A stretch of 64,000 nt of DNA, taken from assembly GCF_947568905.1 (NCBI RefSeq), contig NC_079168.1, forward strand, positions 48,360,001 through 48,424,000, written 5' to 3'. The translations under genes were made by a program, and so were the position numbers. Numbering within the stretch: position 1 is the stretch's first letter; the number at the start of each line of letters is the position of its first letter. The notes under the pieces were generated by a model that did not search any database, was not told the DNA's origin, and was given only the letters and a program-made list of their open reading frames with translations. This DNA is from Ostrea edulis. Taxonomy: Eukaryota. Of this stretch, positions 13,294-26,344 are shown piece by piece.

Positions 13294-13668
13294 CAAAGCT
13301 CGAAATTAACACATGTCCGTCAGCCTGTGACTGGTTAAAAGTCTGGTGGACTGACTGACATTTGTATTAGTCAGTCTGATAGGACTGGTTAATTTTCTAA
13401 AGCACCATTTTGGAAAATATACTTATGAAATCTTATATACACATTTGGCATGCTCTGTAGATATCAGACGAATCTGATTCGTAAATATAAATACCACATA
13501 AGTTTTACAATATTGTCTGAGGCATATTGAGTTAAATTTCATTTCAATAACATTAACAAAATATATCTAATTATTTCTTGGATTGGTAAATTTTTCTGTG
13601 GACTGGTTGAAATTATACCCCATCAGTCCCGCTGGACTGGTGACATAAAAAGTTAGCTGCAAGCCCTG
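13294..13668 (-). mobile_element. hAT-like MITE with 5-bp TSD (copy 2)
   Basis: Reverse-complement homolog of 10259-10644; TSD AGAAA. Confidence 0.8.
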
Positions 13669-13901
13669 AGAAAAGTGTGATGACTTTACAATGATTGTGT
13701 AACCTGTCAGATTGACAATCCATTATTCTGTTGATTCTCAATATTTAAAGTTTTATGCTATTCTGAAATCTGAAGATTGGATAACTGTTGCTCAACAACT
13801 TAATAATCCTAAACATTGTGATTCAATCAAAATTCTCCCTAAGGGACATAGTTTAAGAATTCTTTTTTGTTTGCAATGTGCTCAGTGAAATTCGACTTTT
13901 A

Positions 13902-14359
13902 CAGGTTGGGAACACTTCCCATATAGCGAGATATTCTCACTAAAACGCGATTATCCCTCTTTAGCGAGAGAGTAAACATTACCATAAACAGGTGTTTTGG
14001 CGTCTTTAATGAAATTAATGGCAAATCCCGTGCAACGCTGAAGAAGTGTGACACACACTCAACATGATGCAAATTGTTCTATGAAACTGACAACATAGTC
14101 AAGAAATTGCATATCAAAATTGCTGCGTAAGAGGGAAGCAGTGTGAAATCCAATACATTGTTCCTGTTTTTGTTTTGATTAATATATGGCAGAAGTATCA
14201 GACATTAACACTTTTTCTGCTTTTCACATGAAACACGAAGATATGTACTTCATGGGTGTTTTTCTCGGTTGTACGGGATATATTTACTCTCGCTAGAGAG
14301 AGATAATCGTGTTTTAGCGAGAATATCCATCTCGCTATTGGGGAAGTGTTCCCAGCCTG
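13902..14359 (+). mobile_element. MITE with ~75-bp TIRs and 5-bp TSD
   Basis: CAGGTTGGGAACACTTCCC...GGGAAGTGTTCCCAGCCTG; TTTTA duplicated. Confidence 0.8.
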
Positions 14360-14924
14360 TTTTACAATTATGCTTTTGGAAATTAATTTGATAAAAGACT
14401 TGAAATAGCTAAATCAAGCTATTTCAAATAGCTTAATAAAGTATATAGCTTAATAAAGCTATATAGCTAAATCAAGAGATTGTGCTCGACCTGTTTTATA
14501 TAAAATAAAAATATTTTATGACAGGTCCCTGTGACCAGAACGAAAAATCCTACAGATCCGTTGGATCCGATATCTTACTATTTTTACGATAGAGCAATGT
14601 ACTTACATCAAGTTTTCACTTTATCAACCTGATGGCATGGCAGAGGCCTTGCTTTAGAGTTGTTCGCTGTTCAATAGAGTTATGAACAGACGAGAAAAAA
14701 AAAGTCGAAATTTTAGAAAATATTGGATTCAATGTTTTTCGTATTCCGAACCCGAGAAAATATTCTAATCGCACGTACTAGATACTAATCGTATAATATA
14801 TGAGATAACTACAGAGATCGTATTTATGTGTGTTTATAGATTAAATGTTTAGGAAGAAAATGTAGCGGATCCCGACCGAGATTCGAACCCGGGCTTCCTG
14901 AATCTCTCTAGTCAGGTGCTCTAC

Positions 14925-15003
14925 TAGCTGCAGAACTGTAGCTCTCTGGAAAAATATTGTGACGGAACAGATATTTTTTCAGAGAGCTACAGTTCTGCAA
15001 CTA
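14925..15003. mobile_element. 79-bp hairpin MITE with perfect 9-bp TSD (AcademH-like)
   Basis: TAGCTGCAGAACTGTAGCTCTCTG...CAGAGAGCTACAGTTCTGCAACTA; GTGCTCTAC at 14916-14924 and 15004-15012. Confidence 0.9.
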
Positions 15004-15171
15004 GTGCTCTACCAACTGAGCAAGATGGTCACGGGCGATCAAACTCGGCTGACCGTTACATTCCTCCATCCTTAAATGTCTTTAAATACTCTTGAAGACA
15101 TCAACCCAGGATCTTTATCCTCTGGCAGGCATTTTCACTTGTCAGTTCCATGAGGTCTACGGCACCAAATG

Positions 15172-15484
15172 CAGGGCCGTAAATTACATGGAGGCGGAGG
15201 AGGCAGCTGCCTCCTCCAACTTTTGAGCCAAAAAAATTTAAAGTTCATTAGAATTTATGTTGTTTCCAATAACTAAGAACATGATACCTCCCTTAAAAAG
15301 CATTCCAAATCTTTCTTTTAGAATGAGTTAGTCAAGTAACATCTTAGAAGGCCCTAGAATCAAGGATTTTGCACGAAACGTGTTCAGTGTGCACAAAATG
15401 TGCTCAGCGTCTGGGGCCTGGGCGGCCCCCAGACCCCGCCTAATTTCCTGCCTCCTCCAAATTGAAGGTTAATTTACGGCCCTG
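15172..15484 (+). mobile_element. hAT-like MITE with 5-bp TSD, young family
   Basis: TIR CAGGGCCGTAAATTA; TSD AAATG; near-identical inverted copy at 60199-60520. Confidence 0.88.
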
Positions 15485-15689
15485 AAATGTAACAGGAAGG
15501 GAGAAAGTGCAACGGACCAGACCGGGATTTGAACCCGGACCCCATGAATCTCTAGTCAGGTGCTCTACCAATTGAGCTAACTGGCTACCGGCGATTGCCA
15601 AACCCGGCTGACCGCTACAGCTGTTACATGTACCTTAATCTCGGATAGCTGGATAGCCTTCACCCGAATCTCAGCCGAGATTACTGTTA

Positions 15690-15832
15690 CCTATCCGCTT
15701 TGTTGCACACAAGGCATCCACGGAACGTCCCTCATCTTCTCTGTTCACAGCCCAAGAAACCCATCCGTTCTCTGCCCGCTCCTCCACGGTTCTTCTCCAG
15801 GTCTTCCTCTTTTTCTTTTGCCTTCTGCTGTC
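15690..15832 (-). mobile_element. RTE-clade LINE 3' fragment
   Basis: Minus strand reads EGKRKRGRP, then after a small deletion WRRTVE...VDALCAT, typical of an RTE ORF C-terminus. Confidence 0.65.
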
Positions 15833-15834
15833 CA

Positions 15835-17505
15835 AGATTAGTTAACACCTTCAATGCAGCATTCACCGATACCACCAGCGATATTCTTGGCAAACATCGT
15901 ACATTAAAGAAGCTCTGGGTTACAGATGACATCCTTGATCTATACGACAAGCGGAGAGAAATGAAGAGTGATCCAGAGGGAGCTAATCAGTAAATAGGAC
16001 TGTTAACCAACAAGTCAAGAAAATCATGAATAGGGCAAAAGGGAACTGGATAGAGGAACAATTCCAGGTCATAGAAGAGAACCACAGCAAGAAATCATAT
16101 GAACTTATGAAAGACCGATCAGTACAAAACAGGGATGAAGTACCACCATAAAAGACAGAGCTGAGAAGAGTATGACAGAAGATACAGTTCTTGATCATCA
16201 CCCTCCCAAAAACCAATCTACAACAGTGCCAGAACTACTGCACCACCACCCTTATTAGCCTTTTTAGCCACCCAAGCAAGGTCATGCTGAAGATACTGCT
16301 GAATAGGTTGAAGCCACAAACAAAAGATCATTGCTGAAGAACAGACAGGCTTCAGAACAGGGCGCAGCACAATAGAACAGATATTCAACCTCAGCATATT
16401 GTGCGAAAGGTACCCCCAATACCAACAAGACCTCTACCACGTCTTAGTGGACTTAAAGAAGGCATACGACAGAGTTTGGCATGCGGCGCTATCGGCCACT
16501 ATGAGACTGTATAACATTAATGCCAGCCTGATTACAATCACCGAACACCTCTGTGACAGGGCGACCAGCACAATTTAATCTACTTTAACAACAGCATTGG
16601 GGCCTGGTTCAGGACTATAGTCGGAGTGAGGCAAGGATGACTGCTTTCCTCCATTTTATTAAACAGGATCATGACTGACGCACTAGAAGACCATAGTGGA
16701 ACAGTCAGCATTGGCGACAAAACAATTACCGATGACATAGACAGCCTTGCAGGAGAAGAACTCGTAGAGCGCTTGGATAAAGCATCTTCAGCTTACGGAA
16801 TGCAGACCAGTGCAGAAAAGACCAAACTGATGACAAATACCACCCAAAAGGCATCAGCACTAACACCAGAGTGAGTGGTGAGAAACTGACCACTGTCAAC
16901 AACTTCAAATATTTCGGAGCTATTGTCAGTGATAAAGGGTCCAAGCCTGAGATACTCGCCAGAATCGCTCAAACCACCACAGCGCTTACCAAACTTAAGA
17001 TCATCTGGAAAGAAAGGAACAGCTCAAAGATCAGAATGATGTGCTTTCTGGTCATATCCATATTCCTGTACGAATCATGGACCCTTACAGCAAACAGAAA
17101 AAGAAGGATACAGACTCTGGAGATGAGATGCTTTCGTAGACTTCTCAACATATTCTTCAAAGATCTTATCACGAATGAAGAAGTCAGGAACAGGATCATA
17201 CAAGCTAACGGACCCTACGAAGACCTTTGAACATAGTAAAAGAACGCAAACTGAAGTGGTACGGGCATGTTTCACGATCATCAGGACTTGCCAAGACGAT
17301 CCTGCAAGGCACAGTACAGGGAGGGAGAAGGCAAGGAGGCAGAGGAAGAGATGGGAGGACAACATTGCAGAATGGATAGGCCTGAAGCTGAGCAACACCC
17401 TCAGAATAGCAGAGAACAGACAGGAGTGGAGCGATGGAGAGAGATGGTTGCAAGGTATCTGATGGTGCCTCCACGATCGTTCGAACTAGGGGAGAGGTGA
17501 AAGTA
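15835..17505 (+). mobile_element. 5'-truncated, frameshifted RTE-clade LINE (reverse transcriptase)
   Basis: Motifs VDLKKAYDRVWH, GVRQG, AEKTKLM, FKYFGAIVS, LEMRCFRRLL, KLKWYGHVSR and GRRQGRQRKRWEDNI are spread over several frames; the ORF ends at 17500. Confidence 0.92.
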
Positions 17506-17599
17506 CAAGAAGGGGCTGTAATGCAATCACTGTTGTGATTTTTATGATGATTGTAAAACACGTCTGTTTAATACTTTAAAAAGAGCATACAAACACGTT

Positions 17600-17602
<3 letters not shown>

Positions 17603-17645
<43 letters not shown>
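17603..17645. repeat. (CT)n microsatellite
   Basis: About 21 perfect units. Confidence 0.97.
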
Positions 17646-17649
<4 letters not shown>

Positions 17650-18405
17650 GATGGAATCTGAGAGAGAATATAAGTAAGGACATGTCCCCACACCACTTGA
17701 TCTAATATCTTGTTTCTACGGCAAACCTTTCACATTCTGTGGATCACGTTTATGGGGACGTAACTATAAGGACAAAATGTTTGTCTTCAGAGTGCACTTC
17801 TGTCCTTAAAGCGCAGATGAAATTGTTCACTTCACCTCTCTCTCCATCTTCCCGAGTCCAGGGTTCAAGAGCGGATCAGACACCCTCCACTCGGGAAGAC
17901 GCTCTCTCTCTCTTGAAATATACTCTTACGCGAAACAGTTAAATCATCAATATTTCATGAACTAGTATTTTCACACAGAGGACACTACCTTTGGCAATCG
18001 CAAGCTCAGATTTGACTTTTTTAAAATTATAATTTTAGTGCCATTACTATGCCAAATAAGAGTTATGGATATTTGCAAAAAGGTTCAAATGATATTAATC
18101 TCAACTGCAGTTACTTTCAGCAAAGATGAGGTCATTGGAATACATTTATTGTTTATGATACTATGTACTGACTATTAGATAGAAATCACTTTCTTCCTAG
18201 AGCTCCGTTCTGTGTGTGTGTGCTAAATTGAAAATACGAATTAAAAATCCGTCGAATGCACGCAAGAAAAATTAACTCTCAAGTATTGTTTGCTTTTATT
18301 TCATTCAAGTAACGGTACCGACCGCAGACGAAATACTATAACACTATCAAGTCTAATTCAAAAGTATTAATGATAATATTTATTGAAGTGCAAATGAAGT
18401 TCAAA

Positions 18406-18440
18406 ATGTGTGTGTGTGCGCGTGCGTGCGTGTACACACA

Positions 18441-18489
<49 letters not shown>
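18406..18489. repeat. Compound (TG)n-(CGTG)n-(AT)n microsatellite
   Basis: Read directly from the sequence. Confidence 0.9.
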
Positions 18490-18494
<5 letters not shown>

Positions 18495-19578
18495 AATAAT
18501 ACAGTATTCTTCTATGATAAAGAATTATCTGTTATCTGCACACCCGCGCTTTAGCATCCTCAGTTCATGGAGAGTCTAAAAATTCCATTCAGAAGTTGAG
18601 TAATTAACCTTTAGTAGTGCCATTCATTCAAACGTTTCTTGATATGCAGACATACATATGTAGCTTTGAGGAACGAAGAGCATAAATTACACCGAGAACC
18701 TTAGAAGTGCCACAGATCAAATGAAAACCGATCTTTTCGTATACGAATTTACTGATGTGATCATTGATATGAATCTACAGAATGATTTATTCCATCCTTG
18801 TGCATAGACAAGAAGAACTCTGAAATCTCATTCTCATCTGCGGAAGAATTATGTAATTCACAAAAGATCTATGTCGACTGCCGCTTTTTACGCAGATAAG
18901 ATGTTTAGTTTTTCATATCAAAGTTATTGATATTCAAAGTTTGGTTAAACTCCACTGATTTGTTACTGATTGTCGGTGAATTTGATCTGTAGGTATATAT
19001 CCGCTGCGAAGTCATCAATTATTCCCAAGAGCATGTAACTGCCAGGCTGAATCAGGATACATTTCACCTGGTGAACGCCTTTGGGTTGATGTGGGATCGT
19101 TCAGAAAATTCCGCCAATACTTCAGATTTTTTATTTGTCTGTATCCATGGCTGTATGCATATGACATACCAAGGGTTATATATTAAGTTTAGGTGATTTT
19201 AGTAGTCATTAGTAATTAATAAATCTAATCAAACTGTCAATAAATCAATTTACCGGTTGCTATACCGTGTTCACCAAAATAGCTTCAGAACAAACACCAA
19301 TCTTTCTATGTCTAAAAAATTTCACGGGGTGTCTCTCGGAAAATGAAACTAGATTTTTTTTTCAACGCCAATTTTCTAAATGAACATGCCTAAGAGATTC
19401 AGCTCGATTCATTGCGTCACAATGATCTAAAAAAAAAAACACCAAAAAAACCCACAAAAAACCACGTCGTGTCTCGTTCCTATATATCGTAAGATGATGA
19501 ATACTGGCGTATAGTCGCAATCTTTCTTCAAGAGGTAAATGAATAGAATGCCCCGTGCTAAATTAGCATTTGCTTCAA

Positions 19579-20046
19579 AGGTACCGATTCACGTTTTTTG
19601 AAGATTTTTTTTAAATGCTAAACATTAATGACATAACTCATTTAAAGTTGACAACTAAAATTTGGACCTTCTTATGCAAGGATAAGAACAATATTTTGTG
19701 TTATGTAAACAAGATTCGAGCCTTGTTCATGTTTACAAACAAACCAGTGAAATGTTAAATTAATGTAAAGCATCTTAATTTTGCACAATCACAAAGGCGC
19801 ATTTTACCACAAGAATACTTGAAATGTGATATATATAATAAAATTAGATCGATAACCATAGATTTTGAAAACTTTGTAAACAATAACCTGCCTTAATCTT
19901 TGTTTACCTAGCAAATAATAAACTCTCTAAAATGAGCTTCTGTCATAATGTAGGTCCTTAATTTTATGTGAAACTTTTAAGACACAATAGATATTGGTAA
20001 TTAAAAGGGAAAAACAAATTTTGGGGGAAATCGTGAAAGAGTCCCT
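19579..20046 (+). mobile_element. Decayed Kolobok-like MITE related to 8929-9445
   Basis: TCAA|AGGTACCGATTCACG ... CGTGAAAGAGTCCCT|TTAA; internal similarity to 8929-9445. Confidence 0.6.
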
Positions 20047-21777
20047 TTAAATTCTTGGAGTAGAAAGAATATGTTTTTTGTATAAAAAAACAAAAACAAA
20101 AAAAAAAAACAAAAAAAAAAACAGCAGCAGCAAGAACAAAACACAAAAAACCTAAATAATAAAAAAGATAAATAAAAATACGTGGAAAACAACAACAACA
20201 AATTAAAAAAGAATAAAACAAAACGAGAACCCCATAAAATAACCAAAAAATCAAAACATAGAAAATAACAAAAACAAAAAGGTTTATATTCTATTAGCCA
20301 GTCTGTAGAACGAGGAAATGAAACTTCTCCAAGATTGTGATGTAAACTGATAGTAAATTCAAAATGAATATGGTAAAATAAATACTTATATAGACCTGCT
20401 ATATTAGAAGTAGACATCATGCGAGGGGGTTCTTATAATCATAATACATAAGAGGAAAAGTACTATTCGCTAGCACGCACTTTATGACACAGTTGAAAAT
20501 ATTTAACATTAGCGAAAGATCAAACCTCAATTCTTAAAGGAAAATTTTCTACAGATTTGTTGGAAGATAGACTGACTATTTGTCAATAACATTCTAACTG
20601 CAGCTGGTAACACGTCTACGATACCATTGTAATAAACACAGCCTCTGATTGGCAAGAATTAATATGACATCAGATAAAATCAATACCACAGGTAGATCTG
20701 GTATTGCGAACAGAAACAATAGATTTCAGGGTAAAATTTCATGCAATTACAAAGGTATGTGCATCGTGATGACAAATACTGAAAACTTTTTCTTGACATT
20801 TAACAATTCCAAGAAAAGCAAGCACTCTATAGTGAATTGAATATGATGGTGATAGGTTTATTTGTAAATTTGTAGTTTGTGTCATGGTGTTTTAAAAGTC
20901 AAACAAACTATGGTGTATTCCATAAAATATGGACACTTAATTTTATAAGCCAATAAAATTCATGCTGAGATTGGATTTTAAATGATTCAAACTGTCAGTA
21001 AAGTGTCTGAGTCTATTCTCAGTTTATGATCAGAGAGCCAGATGCTATACGATAGTTCTCAAATTCGACTAGAAAATGCATACAATATTCTGTTTTTTGA
21101 CTAAGTGAATCACTGTGCCATGTCTAGATACATATGTGAAGTAATAAACAAGAATATTCTTATAGGCCCATATGGAGAATATTTAGGAACGGCACTCCAG
21201 TGCTTGTGTTAAGTCGTTGGTTCCAATTGATTTTCAAGGTCACATGTGAAAAGTCAAGGTCACTGGAAGAGAAAATATAAAAAAAAAAAAAACCAACCCA
21301 ATTCTGGACAATTTACGACCGAATTTTTGTCAAACTATAAGGCATGCTACTTTTCAATCAGGTCTTATTGCCAATTGGGTTTCGGGGTAGATCTATCTTT
21401 TTTTTTATCATTGTGTATTTTGTATTTCGTTTTAAATACACTTGTAATGATTTTATCTTGGTTTCTTCTAGTTCAAGGTTAAACTTAAAAGACCAAGGTC
21501 ACTGGAATAGAAATCCCCCAGTATTCCTCATATCCTGATTTCAATACCCCTCCTTGATTGCTGTCTTAAGATATACCACGTTACAAAGGAATACCCCGCT
21601 TTGTGGAATCCTCATTTTTAGGTTTGTACGCTTGTTCATCAACCTCAAACTACTCCAAGCACCTTCCTATCCCACGGCATGGTTTTCTTTGAACATCAAT
21701 CCGTCAATTAGAAGCGAAAACTACTTCCTGATTCAATTGTATAATTGTGTATTGCCATAGAACATTCATCCCCTTCA

Positions 21778-21778
<1 letters not shown>

Positions 21779-21827
<49 letters not shown>

Positions 21828-21848
21828 AATTATATATATATATATATA
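21779..21848. repeat. (AT)n microsatellite, interrupted
   Basis: Read directly from the sequence. Confidence 0.92.
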
Positions 21849-21970
21849 CATAAATTTAATTTTTCGTTATAACTAAAAGTATTATATTTTACAAATCGAA
21901 TAAAGATGGAGAATACTGATAACATGTATAATGCAGTTTCATGCATCTCTTAAAATCGATACCTACTTCA

Positions 21971-22639
21971 AGTCTTAGTTAGGACAAGAGCAAGTGTTAG
22001 TTAGGACAAGAGCAAGTGTTAGTTAGGACAAGAGCAAGTGTTAGTTAGGACAAGAACAAGTGTTTGTTAGGACAACAGCAAGTGTTAGTTAGGACAAGAG
22101 TCAGTGTTAGTTAGGACAAAAGTCAGTGTTAGTTAGGACAAGAACAAGTGTTAGCCAGGACAAGAACAAGTGTTAGTTAGGATAAGAACAAGTGTTAGTT
22201 AGGATAAGAGTCAGTGTTAGTTAGGACAAGAACAAGTGTTAGTTAGGACAAGAGTCAGTGTTAGCTAGGACAAGAGTCAGTGTTAGTTAGGACAAGAACA
22301 AGTGTTAGTTAGGACAAGAGTCAGTGTTAGCTAGGACAAGAGTCAGTGTTAGTTAGGACAAGAACAAGTGTTATTTAGGATAAGAACAAGTGTTAGTTAG
22401 GACAAGAACAAGTGTTAGTTAGGATAAGAGCCAGTGTTAGTTAGGACAAAAGTCAGTGTTAGTTAGGACAAGAACAAGTGTTAGTTAGGATAAGAGCCAG
22501 TGTTAGTTAGGACAAGAACAAGTGTTAGTTAGGACAAGAACAAGTGTTAGTTACCGGTAGGACAAGAGCAAGTGTTAGTTAGGATAAGAGTCAGTGTTAG
22601 TTAGGACAAGAACAAGTGTTAGCTAGGACAAGAACAAGT
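21971..22639. repeat. 22-bp minisatellite, 30 copies
   Basis: Unit AGTGTTAGTTAGGACAAG plus a variable tetramer (AGCA/AACA/AGTC/AGCC); flanked by CTACTTCA on both sides. Confidence 0.97.
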
Positions 22640-24379
22640 CTACTTCATGACGACAACCTTGACCTTTTGATAGTTAAATACACTGAGTTTAGAATGTTCC
22701 ATAATACAGGTGATGTTCTGCTAAATTAGAAGTATCATAACATCCTCGCTATCCTTTTTAACAACTTCTGGTTATCATATGTAGCAGAGGCCAGATGGAA
22801 AACTGAGGCGTACTATTATTTTGAATTGTTAGGGTATGGAAGAGGACACACAGTTTGGAGAATAAAGATCTGTACACACATGCATGTCAATTTCTTTAAA
22901 TGTGTAATTCATCACGCGATTGTTTATTTATCCCCATTTCCGTGCAATTTTGTTAAAAATCATATTAATTTATTGCTCACATTTTTTAAAATAATTTTTT
23001 CAAAAGTTGATATTTGTGACACGTATTAAATAGTTAGCACGGATACCTTGATTAATTTCCCCTGAAAATATGGAATTTTGCTTGGTAGATAGATACACAA
23101 TAAACAGATATTTTATCCAAACCCGGATCTTTCTCGCATAGCTCTAGAAAAAAATACTGCACGGAAATTGTAAAATTTTAGCAACAAACTTAGTGATTGC
23201 TTATTGTTTTATTCAATATAAAAACCCCGCACTTTATTCACCAATAATTCATTTATTTGGTTTACTCTAACATCCATCAAACGACGTAGGCGTATGATCC
23301 ATAAATTTTATTTTAATGTTTGGTCTTAAAAGATAATCTGAATATCTTAAATACTGGAATCATTTTTCGAAGAAAAAAAATGATGTACGGATTTACACCG
23401 AAATGACCAATGTTTGTTGTTTTTGCATGATTTTTTCCCCCTGTTGTTTGTCAAAATTTTAAACATCAGACCGACTTCCAAGTCTCTCTTTCCCTCTTCT
23501 CCGCGGGAAACACGATAGATCATAACATTTATTGTCACTTTGATAAAGACAATATCCCCGGCACAAACCCGGGAATCGGGAACAATTCAGCTCCCTGCGT
23601 GTAGAACCTGTAATTTGACGACTCAGCAATTACATATGCTGGTTTTATGATTTTTTGGTATCATTTGTAACCATAAAAACGTTGAAAACTACATGATTGT
23701 GTTTGGTTTAGAGAAGCCGTATAAAATCTGTTGATTATAATCGCGCACGGCTTTGTCAAAGCAGTGCGAAGCTTAGAACAGATTGCACGTTTCATCCACC
23801 ATGCGTGAGAAGTTCCGAAGTTTCACCCCTTTTTTAGTGGTCAGTATTGCTAGATAACGAGTTGTTGTATCTCTCCATTCATCTTCGCTCGTAAAGATTT
23901 CAACACTTCCATGTAAAAGGGGAGCACGGTGGAAACATTGTTTCATCAACAGAGGCGGGAAAGAGTTGAAAAGAATTCTGCCCAATCATTGTCTTGGACC
24001 GGGCCCAGAAAGAAAGAGCTCTAACAAAAATGACCGCGAAGTTTTGGATACCTTCTGATTCACCTATCTACCTCGATGATATAACCTCCTCATTCATTTT
24101 GAAGTAGGAAAACTCCAATTACATATGTAATACGTTTTTTGAGTTGAGGCACCTGCTGGGCTAATGAAGGAACAGGTACAAAGCTCTATTCTATGTGTAG
24201 GATAGGTCACGTTGCTAATCGGTCAGTAATTGGCCCCAATGGGATCTATGGTTGTAATGTCTAGCATAGTAAACTTACCCAGATGCTCTAACAATGAACT
24301 GCCAGTCCCTAGTGAAAACATTCTCACGGAAAATAACAGTTCCTCAAATGACAAGAATAAGAAGACGTTTCTTTGGATC

Positions 24380-24535
24380 ATGGAAAGAGTGAATATGGTT
24401 TTCTTAATTGTTCTGGTGTGTTATCTGTCATGGACTATACCTGCCACCTTTGGTTTGTTTGATCCGCCTAGGTCTTCATCATCAACTTTGCTTCAGAATA
24501 ATCGAACGCTGCTGAATGAAACAAGGAGTTTAATT
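24380..24535 (+). CDS. ISM1: Isthmin-like, coding exon 1 (signal peptide)
   Basis: MERVNMVFLIVLVCYLSWTIPATFG... ends ATT|GTAAG (phase 0), matching the phase-0 acceptor at 33307. Confidence 0.65.
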
Positions 24536-26344
24536 GTAAGTTTTGAAATTTTTCAATCCCCCCCCCTACATTTTGATCTTTTCCTAATTACACTGAAACT
24601 TTCGAAATGTACACATCTTAAGATTTAAAACTGAGATTATTTGAGATGAACATCCTCAAAATTAAAGTTATTCCATATCGATGTTATTAAAGTTCTGTAA
24701 ATTGTCATAAAATGATTTTATGTTTGTAATATAAAGCGGATATGTAAAGCCTTAAAAGATTTCTTATCGTAAAGTAAGGAATCTTGGGTCAGTGATGACT
24801 GTTGAACTATTTTTGACTCCATGATTAGGCTAATCTTGATAACGTGTTTACTTTATGCTGAAACGGTAATTTTTTGAAAAGCATTAAATAAAATTTAAAA
24901 CCTACAATTGATAAAAAAATTCACCATTTAGGAATACAGTTCAAACTGTAAAGTCTATGAGAAAAAAAATCAAACTTAATGTCCCTTAGATACTAATTTA
25001 GAATCATTATTTTTATGTGTATTTTTATAGTTCATTTCCTGTTTGCAAAGGAAGATTTTACTTTTGAAGAATATCAAAAATAAAATCAAATGTTTCGGAA
25101 CAGGAATCTAATGAAGTTGAAAATTATATCATATCACATCTTCAATAGCGAGGAAAGAAAATTTCTTTAAAGAAACCAAATATCGTAATGCACTTGGTTT
25201 GACACCCAACAATCCAATGACCCGACTTATCACATGACCCAATCAACGTTAATGATCGGAGTTCTCACTACGCTTGGCCGGGGAGACAGGAGTGGGCATG
25301 GCAACGCCGCCCTGACTCCTTTTTATAATTCCCCCAAGACAAGGTTATCAATCCTCGATCTACAGTTTAAGCAAGAAAACTTAATTCATTTTATTTGACA
25401 AGTAATTAGAAAACTTGAGATGATACGCTAACCGAAGTGACAGTTTGATGGCTTTTGTGTCCGAGTTGGTAAATACGCATCTGAAGTGTTCCTAAAATGT
25501 GACCTAAATTCGGGTTTATGACTTTTAGTTGTTTCATTTATAAGATACAATGCTGTAAAGATTAATATATCGCATATAAATACTTCTAACTTAGAGGGAT
25601 AGTTGCCTGATTGTCTTCGCTCGTATCAACAGTCTTTCTCACGAAGGAACGTTAGTTTTAAACCAAACTGTCACGGATTGAAACATAAATATTAGATACA
25701 TGGAACTGAAAATTAAATCATACGACTCTTTAAACGCAGAGTAGGAAACGAGAGGAGAATAATTTGGCCAGAAATGAAGATTTTAGACACGTACTCCTAA
25801 GTACATTGTAGGTGGAGCGAGGAATGAACACCTGATGGCCTTGGAATCAGTATGGAAAACTTTTCAAAGAAAGCTTTAAAGTAATCCAATTTTCTTCTTA
25901 TTATACTTTCATTAAATATTATCTTAAAGAATGTATGTTGAACTGTCGGAAACATTAAGTCACTGGAATATACAAGCAATCTCCCAACCAGATATAATAT
26001 ATTTTCATGTATTTTATGAGGGATTTGGATCCAAAACCAGGAGTAAAACAATAAAATAACCGCATTCCTGAATGATGTATTGAAATGATATAGACTTTGA
26101 ACACTTTCCTCTTTTGAAGTACCTCATTCCTATACCTGTTGCAAAGAAAAACTACCAGGTGTGCGGCTTTCAATCAGCAGACGGCATGCGGAGAAAGCTA
26201 TAGAACCGTCTTATTTTTAGAAGTTGGTTTGTTGCAATTAGAACTTTTTTCCTGCCAAAAGGTTGAACTAATTACATAAATCAATTGCGTTTGTTTGTAT
26301 TTAAATTTGCTAAGTAATATATCGGTGTATCGGTAAATCTGTAG

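Larger units (their letters stand above)
14858..15620 (-). mobile_element. tRNA-derived SINE-like repeat with two tRNA-like heads, interrupted by two MITEs
   Basis: Minus strand shows TAGCTCAATTGGTAGAGCACCTGACTAGAG...GGTTCAAATCC at ~15520-15596 and a second head at ~14870-15025. Confidence 0.65.

Noticed and set aside
15520-15596. tRNA gene (also 6931-7000 and 27398-27480)
   Set aside because: A and B boxes are present but the acceptor and anticodon stems are imperfect, and the 15520 head sits in a repeat with a second copy; these are SINE heads.
19964-20420. 96- and 139-aa hydrophobic ORFs
   Set aside because: Artefacts of an A-rich low-complexity tract read on the T-rich strand.
21971-22639. 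Interstitial telomeric repeat, CRISPR or coding repeat
   Set aside because: TTAGG occurs only as part of a 22-bp unit, not (TTAGGG)n; there are no unique spacers; stops occur on both strands.
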